Positions 10,179 through 17,830 of a stretch of DNA of 64,000 nt are shown piece by piece. Every line of letters starts with the position of its first letter. Position 1 is the first letter of the stretch. The notes beneath the pieces are model-generated. The model worked only from the letters and a program-made list of their open reading frames with translations. It was not told where the DNA came from and did no database searches. Origin of the DNA: Thermotogota bacterium (GTDB lineage Bacteria; Thermotogota; Thermotogae; Mesoaciditogales; Mesoaciditogaceae). The translations under genes and the position numbers were made by a program. The DNA is taken from positions 15,337 through 79,336 of the forward strand of contig JALSLY010000069.1 of the NCBI GenBank assembly GCA_026988035.1, written 5' to 3'.

Positions 10179-11192
10179 ATGTTGCCAAATGAGTGCAAAG
10201 GGATCTGGACCATTGGAGAGGTTAGAAATGGTGAAATAAATCCCGTTTCTTATGAACTTTTGGCCTGGGGAAGAAAACTCGCAGACAAGCTGGAAATTGA
10301 ATTGTCGAGCATCATACTTGGTAATGGCATTAAGGAGGAATTGACTGAACTCTTCCACTTTGGAGCAGACGTCGTTTACGCTGTTGACCATGCAAAGCTA
10401 GAACACTTCTTGCCAGATGTGCACGCAAGAATTTACGAAGCGCTTGTAAAAGAATACAAGCCAGAGATCATAATAGCATCCGCCACTACGTATGGAAGAA
10501 CGGTCATGCCAATATTGGCAGCAAAGCTTGGTACCGGTCTTACAGCAGATTGTACGGAACTTGATGTGGATGTAAGAGAACGTATCTTGCTTCAAACAAG
10601 GCCTGCAATTGGAGGAAACGTGATGGCTACAATAAAGACTCCTGCCCATAGACCTCAAATGTCAACAGTTAGGCCACGGGCTAAAAAACCTTTAACGATT
10701 GACAATTCAAGGAATGGGAAGATTATCCTGAAGAGTTATCCACCGGAGTTCTACAAATCAAAATATCGTTGGATATCTTTTGAAAAAGATGAAAGTGTAG
10801 CTTCACCTATCCAAGAATCTGACGTTATTGTTGCTGGTGGCAAGGGAATGAAAGATGGAGGAAATTTTAAGATGCTCTACGATCTTGCCAAAAAGCTAAA
10901 TGGTGCTGTTGGGGCCTCTCGAGCTGCCGTGGATATGGGATGGATTCCGTACTCACACCAAGTTGGACTTTCAGGAAAAACTTTGAGTCCAAGGTTTTAC
11001 ATGGCTGTTGGTATTTCCGGAGCAGTTCAACACATCGCTGGTATGTCATCATCGGAAGTCGTGGTGGCGATAAACAAAGATCCAGATGCAGCCATATTCA
11101 AAGTATCAGATTTCGGTATTGTTGGTGACGCATTAGAAATACTCCCTGTACTCATTAAAAAACTTTCGAATGAGGTGAATGAGAATGGCTGA
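10179..11192 (+). CDS. etfA: electron transfer flavoprotein, alpha subunit
   Basis: 337 aa. The C-terminal FAD-binding motifs VAGGKG, GASRAAVDMGW, QVGLSGKTLSP.FYMAVGISGAVQH..G and VVAINKDPDA are present. It sits immediately after etfB. Confidence 0.85.
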   Translation: MLPNECKGIWTIGEVRNGEINPVSYELLAWGRKLADKLEIELSSIILGNGIKEELTELFHFGADVVYAVDHAKLEHFLPDVHARIYEALVKEYKPEIIIASATTYGRTVMPILAAKLGTGLTADCTELDVDVRERILLQTRPAIGGNVMATIKTPAHRPQMSTVRPRAKKPLTIDNSRNGKIILKSYPPEFYKSKYRWISFEKDESVASPIQESDVIVAGGKGMKDGGNFKMLYDLAKKLNGAVGASRAAVDMGWIPYSHQVGLSGKTLSPRFYMAVGISGAVQHIAGMSSSEVVVAINKDPDAAIFKVSDFGIVGDALEILPVLIKKLSNEVNENG

Positions 11193-12600
11193 ATTTGCCA
11201 AGATCACTTCGAGAGTCATCGCAGAATTTGAGAAAATTCTCGGAAATAATGGTGTGATATTTAACGACAAGGACACTCTTGAAAACTATGCACATGACGA
11301 AACTGGTGGAGAATACTATTCGCACATGCCGGATGTTGTTTTGAAACCCGAAAATACGGAACAGATCTCCAAGATTCTAAAAATTGCGAATGCAGAATGC
11401 ATACCAATAACACCACGTGGAGCTGGAAGCGGACTTGCAGGAGCCTCTGTTCCCATCTTTGGCGGAGTTGTCATCTCATTCGAAAAAATGAACAAAATTC
11501 TCGAAGTTGACAAAACAAACCTTGTAGCAGTCGCTGAACCTGGGGTTGTGACAAACGATCTCTGCCGAAAAGTGTCTGAACTTGGACTTTATTACGCTGG
11601 ATATCCGATGAGTGTGGAAACGAGCTTTATAGGAGGAAATGTTGCGACAAATGCGGGAGGGAGCAAAGTTATAAAGTATGGCAACACGGCTCATCATGTG
11701 CTTGGAATGGAAGCTGTCCTTCCCGATGGAGAGATCGTGCAATTTGGTGGAAAGCGTAGAAAAGATTCGAGCGGGTATGATATCACGCGTTTGATGGTTG
11801 GTTCCGAAGGGACCCTTGCGGTCTTCACGAAAATCTTTCTTAACCTCATACCACTTCCCGGTAAGACCGTGGATTTGCTTGCGCCTTTTGGGGATATTTA
11901 TACAGCCATTTCAAACGTTGGTCCGTTAATTGCAGAAAGCAAAACACTCCCAAGTGCGGTAGAGTTTATAGATAACACCTCTGTGATTCTTGGCTCAAAG
12001 TACAACAACATAACCCTTCCCTTTCAAGAAAAGGCAGGCGCGTATCTTATTATCCAATACGAAGGACGCGACAAGGCGGAACTTGAGAGTATATACGAAA
12101 AAGCCGGCAAAGCTTTGATAGATGGAAAGGCTATGGATGTTTTCGTGGCAGATAACAGAACCAATTCAGAAAAGATATGGAGAATACGAAGAAATTGGCT
12201 TGAGGGGATAAAAGCATTTGAGCCCCACACGCCTACAGGAGATGTTGTTGTTCCAACGTCTGAAATACCACAAATTATGGAATGCATCTCTGAAATATCG
12301 AAAGAGTATAAGGTTCAAATCCCAGTTGCTGGCCATGCCGCTGATGGTAACCTTCATCCTGCTCCCATGAAACCAAAAAGTATGGAACTGGAAGATTGGA
12401 AGAACCTTTCGGAAGAGATTTTATCCAAAATAGCCATAAAAGCCGCACAAATGGGAGGCGCGGTGAGTGGAGAGCATGGAATAGGATTCGTAAAAAAAGA
12501 GCTTCTTAAGAAGACTAAAAGCAAACAATATGAGATCATGAAATCTTTGAAAGATGCCATAGATCCCAATGGAATCATGAATCCTGGGAAATTGTTTTGA
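11185..12600 (+). CDS. FAD-binding oxidoreductase of the GlcD / D-lactate dehydrogenase family (LctD-like)
   Basis: About 471 aa. It has the FAD_binding_4-type motifs PRGAGSGLAGASVP, VEPGVVTNDL, YPMS....IGGNVATNAGG and GTLAVFTKI, and the C-terminal GGAVSGEHGIG..K and DPNGIMNPGK. GAGGTG sits 7 nt before the ATG at 11185; the ATG at 11179 is an alternative. Confidence 0.8.
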   Translation: MAEFAKITSRVIAEFEKILGNNGVIFNDKDTLENYAHDETGGEYYSHMPDVVLKPENTEQISKILKIANAECIPITPRGAGSGLAGASVPIFGGVVISFEKMNKILEVDKTNLVAVAEPGVVTNDLCRKVSELGLYYAGYPMSVETSFIGGNVATNAGGSKVIKYGNTAHHVLGMEAVLPDGEIVQFGGKRRKDSSGYDITRLMVGSEGTLAVFTKIFLNLIPLPGKTVDLLAPFGDIYTAISNVGPLIAESKTLPSAVEFIDNTSVILGSKYNNITLPFQEKAGAYLIIQYEGRDKAELESIYEKAGKALIDGKAMDVFVADNRTNSEKIWRIRRNWLEGIKAFEPHTPTGDVVVPTSEIPQIMECISEISKEYKVQIPVAGHAADGNLHPAPMKPKSMELEDWKNLSEEILSKIAIKAAQMGGAVSGEHGIGFVKKELLKKTKSKQYEIMKSLKDAIDPNGIMNPGKLF

Positions 12601-12760
12601 AAGTTGGCTCAACTTTTATACCAAAACGCTTTCAAGATTCCAAGGATAATACTAAAATGTGTTTGTTGAACATTAGCAAAAGCGCTAAACTAATTTGTAA
12701 AAGAAACAGCTAACGATACTAATTGAATGAATTTATGATATTTGAGAAAGGGTGAATGTC

Positions 12761-13741
12761 ATGTTTGATTTTATGAATGAAAAGTTGAGTCTCGGCCGTT
12801 TCCCAACTCCCATTGAACCCATGAAATATGGTGAAAAATATGGAGTGAATTTGTTTGTAAAGCGTGATGACCTTGATGAATTTATAGGCTCTGGAAACAA
12901 AGTAAGAAAGTTAGAATATCTTTTGTACGATGCCAAGAAACTTTCTTGCGATGTTGTTTTAAGTGCTGGAGGCGTGCAGTCAAATCATTGTAGAGCCACG
13001 GCGTACTTTTCAAAAAAATTGGGTATGGATGTTGAGCTCTTTCTCTTTGGTGAAAGCGAATTGCAAGGCAACTTCTTGATAGACAAGCTTCTTGGGGCGA
13101 AAATCCACTCCATTACTTATGAAGAATACGAAAACGTTGCCGAGATTATGAACAAAAGAGCAACGGAATTAGAATCGACAGGACGCAGAGCTTACGTTAT
13201 TCCTCCTGGTGGATCTAGTGCGGTGGGATTTCTCGGATATGCAGCAGCTGTACACGAAATTTCAAATTGGGAAAAAGCGCATGGCAAATTTGATTATATT
13301 GTGTGTGCTACAGGAACGGCTGGAACGATCGCAGGGCTTGAAATAGGAAGGCTACTTTATAATGAGGAATTCAAAGTAATTGGTGTGAACGTTACAAAAA
13401 GATCACAGGAAGATTTTCATAAAATCATGTCAGAAGAATTGGTTGCCTTCAACGCGAAATACAAAACGGAGATAAAAGAACTAAATCCGATAGTGGTAGA
13501 TGGTTATGTGGGTGAGGGATACGCAATCCCCTCGCAAGAAGACTTTGAAATCATACGAGATGTAGCATCAAAAGATCAGTTGATATTCGATCCAGTATAC
13601 ACGGCAAAAGCCTTTAAAGGTATTATATCAATGATCAAGAAGAGCGAAATACCTCAAAACTCCCGAATACTTTTTATCCACACTGGTGGGACATTTGGAC
13701 TTTTCGCATTTGCAAATCAGTTGGAAAATTTCCTAATATGA
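12761..13741 (+). CDS. PLP-dependent D-cysteine desulfhydrase / ACC-deaminase family protein
   Basis: FPTPIEPM, KRDDL...GSGNKVRKLEYLL (PLP lysine motif), SAGGVQSNHCRATA and IHTGG. I prefer the ATG at 12761 (AAAGGGTGA RBS); the GTG at 12752 is an alternative. Confidence 0.8.
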   Translation: MFDFMNEKLSLGRFPTPIEPMKYGEKYGVNLFVKRDDLDEFIGSGNKVRKLEYLLYDAKKLSCDVVLSAGGVQSNHCRATAYFSKKLGMDVELFLFGESELQGNFLIDKLLGAKIHSITYEEYENVAEIMNKRATELESTGRRAYVIPPGGSSAVGFLGYAAAVHEISNWEKAHGKFDYIVCATGTAGTIAGLEIGRLLYNEEFKVIGVNVTKRSQEDFHKIMSEELVAFNAKYKTEIKELNPIVVDGYVGEGYAIPSQEDFEIIRDVASKDQLIFDPVYTAKAFKGIISMIKKSEIPQNSRILFIHTGGTFGLFAFANQLENFLI

Positions 13742-13852
13742 TCATGATAATTGTGGTTTTGTGTACTTAATTCTAAAATATCGTGTTTTTTACAAAGGCT
13801 CAGTTCCACTTTTCTTCATTTTGAAAAGTTCCACTCATTATGAATGACTCAG

Positions 13853-14515
13853 ATTGTGCAACGAACATTACAAGGCGCGAAGGCGCTGGCGGTAGCCGAG
13901 TGGGATTGTGCGGTGAGTGGAGTTGCCTGTGGCAACATCTTTTCCACTTCCCCGACCAAAGCGGCAGCTGCGACCAATGTTTTCCCACTTTCATGTCTGA
14001 GGCGGTAGCCGAGTGAGGGACCATCGAAGATAGTGGGTGGTGTGATTTGTTAAAGATTACACACCCCGGCCTTCGGCCACCCCTCTTGATAGAGGGGATT
14101 AAAAGCAAAAGTAGTCCTTCCTTGAGGAGCAGGATTGCACAGTGAGTGGAGTTGCCTGTGGCAACATCTTTTCCACTTCCGCAACCAAAGCGGTAGTTGC
14201 GACCAATGTTCTCCTGCTTTCATGTCCGAGGCGGTAGCCAAGTGGGATTGTGCGGTGCACAATGTTTTCCCACTTCCATGTCCGAGGCGGTAGCCGAATG
14301 GGGGACCGCGTAGCGGTGGAAGGTAGTCCTTCCTTGAGGAAGGTGGCGGCGAAGCCGACGGAAGGTGTTAGTATGCAGCGTGCCTCACGATGTGAACTGG
14401 AAGATGGATAAGCGAGTGAATCGGGCTTGATAAGACTTCGAAAAAAAATCCTTTATCGCTTGAAAAGCGATGTTTATTTGATAAATACTCATAGGTTGTA
14501 AAGTTGACGCACAAC
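13853..14515 (+). repeat. dispersed non-coding MITE-like element, copy A (longest; a diverged right arm may extend to about 14550)
   Basis: The left end AGATTGTGCAACGAACATTACAAGG and right end GATAAATACTCATAGGTTGTAAAGTTGACGCACAAC are shared with the loci at 31880-32010 and 50933-51369. The interior is G+C-rich with duplicated ~120-nt modules. Confidence 0.7.
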
Positions 14516-14596
14516 TTAAATAAATGAGTTTTCAGAGAACGTGAGTGCGCCTAATGTGTGATAATAAAAGGAAATTGCTGTACGGGAGGAGTATTG

Positions 14597-15226
14597 GTGC
14601 CAAGAATAGAACCTTTTGAAAATCATTTTTTGGAATATGAAAATTGGTTTGAAAAAAACAAATTTGTCTATAAATCGGAACTTTCAGCAGTAAGGTTTTT
14701 GCTACCCAAAAGTGAGGAAGGATTGGAAATCGGTGTTGGAAGCGGCCGGTTTGCTGCCCCTCTTGGGATCAAATTGGGAGTAGAACCATCTCAAAAAATG
14801 GCCAGAATAGCAATTAAAAACGGAATTAAAGTGATTAAAGGAGTGGCAGAAGAACTTCCCTTTTATGATGAACAGTTTGATTTTGCTTTGATGGTAACAA
14901 CGATCTGTTTTGTAGACGATGTTCGGAAAGCGTTCGAAGAAGCTTATAGAATATTGAAGCAACATGGTGTGATCATAGTTGGATTTGTTGACAAAGAAAG
15001 TATAGTTGGAAGAGAATACGAAGCTCATAAATCAGAGAGCATTTTCTACAAAACCGCCACATTTTACTCGACAAACAGAGTCGTTTCTATTTTAAAGGAA
15101 GTTGGATTTAAAAACTTTCACTTTGTTCAAACCGTTTTTCATTCTCTAAATGAAGTGAAAGATGTTGAAGAAATCAGGAATGGGTATGGGAAAGGTTCAT
15201 TTGTGGTGATAAGAGCAAAAAAATGA
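14597..15226 (+). CDS. class I SAM-dependent methyltransferase
   Basis: Motif I-like LEIGVGSGRFA and a post-I/II region (FDFALMVTTICFVDD, LKQHGVIIVG). The start is placed at the GTG at 14597, 5 nt after GGGAGGAG; the TTG at 14594 and the track start at 14558 are alternatives. Confidence 0.7.
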   Translation: MPRIEPFENHFLEYENWFEKNKFVYKSELSAVRFLLPKSEEGLEIGVGSGRFAAPLGIKLGVEPSQKMARIAIKNGIKVIKGVAEELPFYDEQFDFALMVTTICFVDDVRKAFEEAYRILKQHGVIIVGFVDKESIVGREYEAHKSESIFYKTATFYSTNRVVSILKEVGFKNFHFVQTVFHSLNEVKDVEEIRNGYGKGSFVVIRAKK

Positions 15227-15303
15227 ACAAATTGTGATCTTCGGAATGATTTCTCTGCTTTTTTTACCGCAAGAATTTTCGCTACGATTTACGTATATCA
15301 TTT

Positions 15304-15327
15304 AAGTATAACTAAAAGTATAACTAA
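15304..15327. repeat. perfect tandem duplication of the 12-mer AAGTATAACTAA
   Basis: Read directly: AAGTATAACTAA at 15304-15315 and again at 15316-15327, about 90 nt upstream of the predicted aroM-operon promoter. Confidence 0.8.
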
Positions 15328-15414
15328 GAATTTGTCTTGATTCTCAAATTCTTTCTTACCATTACTTTCTTGCCTTAAAAAATTTGCTTTTCAAAGCTTG
15401 ATTTCAAATTTTCC

Positions 15415-15443
15415 TTGACATTCTCTTGGAGAGAGGGTATAAT
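15415..15443 (+). promoter_or_regulatory. sigma-70-type promoter for the aroM/dpp operon
   Basis: TTGACA (15415-15420), an exact 17-nt spacer, then TATAAT (15438-15443). Both hexamers are consensus, and the site lies about 60 nt upstream of the aroM start. Confidence 0.6.
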
Positions 15444-15502
15444 TTTCAAAATGAATTATTAATTAATTTTTTTAATAGACGTTGAATAAGGGAATGAACT
15501 CT

Positions 15503-16201
15503 ATGAAATGGTGCTTGGTAACTATAGGACAATCTCCACGAGACGATTTAGTTCCAGAGTTGTTATCAATAACTGACCATGATTTCAGTTATACTGAAAT
15601 AGGGCTGCTTGACAGTCTATCATCTCTGGAAATTCAAGAGATGAAGCCAAATGAAGGTGATAGAGTACTGGTAAGCAGGTTGAGAAACGGAAACCAAGCA
15701 ATCTTAAGTCATGAAAAAGTTGAAAGAGCATTAAATGATTTGATTGATGAGAAAGTGTTTTGCGATGCGATGCTTTTGTTATGCACAAGTGAATTCAAAT
15801 CATTGATGAAAAAACGTAAAGACAAATTAGTGCTTATGCCTTCATTGATCTTGAAAAAATTTTTCGAGTCTTTCATTTCACCATTTGACTCTTTGGGAGT
15901 TGTGGTACCAGAGTTATCCCAAGTGATCGATGCAACGCAAAGATGGGAGAAAATAGCCAAAAATGTGTTTGCGGTGCATCTATCACCATATCTCAGTGAT
16001 GATGAAAACGAGTGGGGAAAAGTATCTGATTTCTTTCGAGAGAAAAAAGTAAATTACGTTGTGATGGATTGTATGGGATATTCGATTTTCCACAGTCGAA
16101 AATTGGGGGCACTGAGTAATTTACCGGTTTTTGCAGCTCGAGTGATAACTGGGAACTTCCTTCGAAATTTTATTGCTCAAGGAGATTCCAAATTAAAATA
16201 A
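15503..16201 (+). CDS. AroM family protein (function unknown)
   Basis: MKWCLVTIGQSPRDDLVPEL and the later MDCMGY motif resemble the AroM family (Asp/Glu-racemase-like fold) as I recall it. Alternative starts are at 15482 and 15494. Confidence 0.65.
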   Translation: MKWCLVTIGQSPRDDLVPELLSITDHDFSYTEIGLLDSLSSLEIQEMKPNEGDRVLVSRLRNGNQAILSHEKVERALNDLIDEKVFCDAMLLLCTSEFKSLMKKRKDKLVLMPSLILKKFFESFISPFDSLGVVVPELSQVIDATQRWEKIAKNVFAVHLSPYLSDDENEWGKVSDFFREKKVNYVVMDCMGYSIFHSRKLGALSNLPVFAARVITGNFLRNFIAQGDSKLK

Positions 16202-16215
16202 GGGGGTGTGTTTGA

Positions 16216-17757
16216 ATGAGGAAAGTCGTTTTGTTGGCAATCGCCATCTTTGCTTTGTGGACTTTGGCTATGGCAGGAGCAAACTATAACAGTAGCATAG
16301 TTGTTGGTACGGATCAGAATCCAACCACTTTGGATCCCGCGATGTATCAGGATCTCGCTTCTGCACAAGTAATGCGAAATGTCTATGAAACTTTGGTCAC
16401 TTACAATGCGAGTGTAACGAAGATAGAACCCTTGCTCGCCGTCTCGTGGAAAGTTTCCAAAGATCTTAAAACCTGGACGTTTCAACTACGAAAAGGTGTA
16501 CATTTTCAAAAGGGGAGATTCCAAGATGGCAGAGAAATGACAGCTGCAGATGTTAAATACAGCTTTGACAGGGAAATTCAGAAATCGCCTATGGTACGCT
16601 TATACATGGTGAAGAGCGTTGATGTTCTTGGTAAGTATGAAGTAAGAATCACCCTTAAATATCCCTATGCACCGTTCTTGACAGTACTCACAGATATAGG
16701 GGCAGCTATAGTACCCAAAGAAGAGGCGGAAGGATGGGGAAAGGCATTTGCTCAACATCCATGTGGTACAGGACCGTTCATCATGAAAGAATGGATAAAA
16801 GATGATCACATGACATTCATAAGAAATGACAATTATTGGGGGAAAAAGCCATATCTAAAACATATAACTTACAAATTCATTCCGGATAAATCTGTTCTTT
16901 CCATCGCCTTGATGACAGGAGAAGTGGATATAACCAGCGATATCTTGGATCAGGATATTCCAAAGGTTAAATCAACTCCAGGGGTTCACGTGGTAATGAG
17001 ACCAGGTGTTAATGTCTATGCGGCTTATATGAACTCCATGAGAGGACCTACAACCAACAAAAAAGTCAGAGAAGCTATATTTTATGGCGTTAACTGGGAT
17101 CAGCTGGTGAAGGCTATATTTCCAAATGGTTCTGGCATAAGAGCATATGGACCAATACCCCCAGGTTCATGGGCTTACAACCCTGATATCAAAAAATTGG
17201 CTTTACCTTACGATCCTCAAAAAGCTCGGCAACTGTTGAAAGAAGCTGGATATCCTAATGGTTTAACATTGCACATTTACACTCCAGGAGATCCAAACAG
17301 AAAGAAAGCAGCTGTGATAATGCAAGCTATGCTAAAAAAGGTAGGCATAAATCTCAAAATCACAAGTCTTGAATGGGGAAGTTTTGTAGATGTAACTTCA
17401 AAGGGAAATGCGGATATTTATACTATTGGATGGACATGGTATCCAGATCCGGAATATTTTATATTCTATATGTTCGATTCCTCAAGAGTTGGTACGTATG
17501 GAAATGGCGGAGGGTACAAAAATCCAATGGTTGATAAGTACATACGTCTTGGTGAATCCACTGTGGATCGTTCAAAGAGGATCATGTATTACGACAAAGC
17601 CGAAGAACTTATAATGGAAGACAGGGTCTATGCACCGCTGTACCACAAGATGGTTGTAATGGGAGTAAATGATAAGGTACACGGATTTACGGTTTCTCCA
17701 GATATGATGATTCGACTCTACGCTCCTGGTACCAATGTTTGGGTAAGTTCTAAATAA
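16216..17757 (+). CDS. ABC transporter substrate-binding protein, family 5 (peptide/nickel, DppA/OppA-like)
   Basis: 513 aa with an N-terminal signal/anchor (VVLLAIAIFALWTLAMA). Typical SBP_bac_5 blocks are present (LDPA, YETLV, GTGPF....W, NDNYWG, GW..YPDP). An AGGGGGTG RBS is present. Confidence 0.9.
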   Translation: MRKVVLLAIAIFALWTLAMAGANYNSSIVVGTDQNPTTLDPAMYQDLASAQVMRNVYETLVTYNASVTKIEPLLAVSWKVSKDLKTWTFQLRKGVHFQKGRFQDGREMTAADVKYSFDREIQKSPMVRLYMVKSVDVLGKYEVRITLKYPYAPFLTVLTDIGAAIVPKEEAEGWGKAFAQHPCGTGPFIMKEWIKDDHMTFIRNDNYWGKKPYLKHITYKFIPDKSVLSIALMTGEVDITSDILDQDIPKVKSTPGVHVVMRPGVNVYAAYMNSMRGPTTNKKVREAIFYGVNWDQLVKAIFPNGSGIRAYGPIPPGSWAYNPDIKKLALPYDPQKARQLLKEAGYPNGLTLHIYTPGDPNRKKAAVIMQAMLKKVGINLKITSLEWGSFVDVTSKGNADIYTIGWTWYPDPEYFIFYMFDSSRVGTYGNGGGYKNPMVDKYIRLGESTVDRSKRIMYYDKAEELIMEDRVYAPLYHKMVVMGVNDKVHGFTVSPDMMIRLYAPGTNVWVSSK

Positions 17758-17766
17758 TTTTTTATG

Positions 17767-17798
17767 AGCTGCCAGGTGTTTTTTAAGGCCTGGCAGCT
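17767..17798 (+). terminator. stem-loop after the binding-protein gene (terminator/attenuator or mRNA stabiliser)
   Basis: AGCTGCCAGG (17767-17776) pairs perfectly with CCTGGCAGCT (17789-17798). The loop is 12 nt and is followed by TTTCAAATATT. Confidence 0.5.
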
Positions 17799-17830
17799 TT
17801 CAAATATTGTACAATCTGGAGGCGTAGCAT

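Noticed and set aside
13800-14262. Two minus-strand ORFs (102 aa and 70 aa) with repeated peptide segments such as ATASDMK.G.HWSQLPLW..KWKRCCHRQLHS.
   Set aside because: The peptide repetition simply mirrors the DNA sub-repeats of the element core. There is no RBS, the composition is odd (Cys/His/Trp-rich), and the ORFs are not conserved in copies B and C. I treat them as artefacts of G+C-rich repeats.
13889-14300. Possible CRISPR array, because GGCGGTAGCC(G/A)A(G/A)TGGG recurs four times.
   Set aside because: The spacing between occurrences is irregular (about 112, 230 and 56 nt). The intervening sequences are themselves repeated, and no cas genes are nearby. This is not CRISPR architecture.
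13889-14300. tRNA-like D-arm string GCCGAGTGG, reminiscent of tRNA-Leu/Ser/Tyr.
   Set aside because: I could not build an acceptor stem, anticodon arm or T-arm (GTTCGAATC-type) around any occurrence. It is probably coincidental, or at most an ancient fragment.
14490-14530. A possible outward-facing promoter in the right arm of the repeat element (TTGACG at the arm, followed in copy B by TATTCT 17 nt downstream, facing galE).
   Set aside because: The -10-like hexamer lies in flanking DNA and is present only in copy B. Copies A and C have no acceptable -10 at the same spacing, so the evidence is too weak to call.
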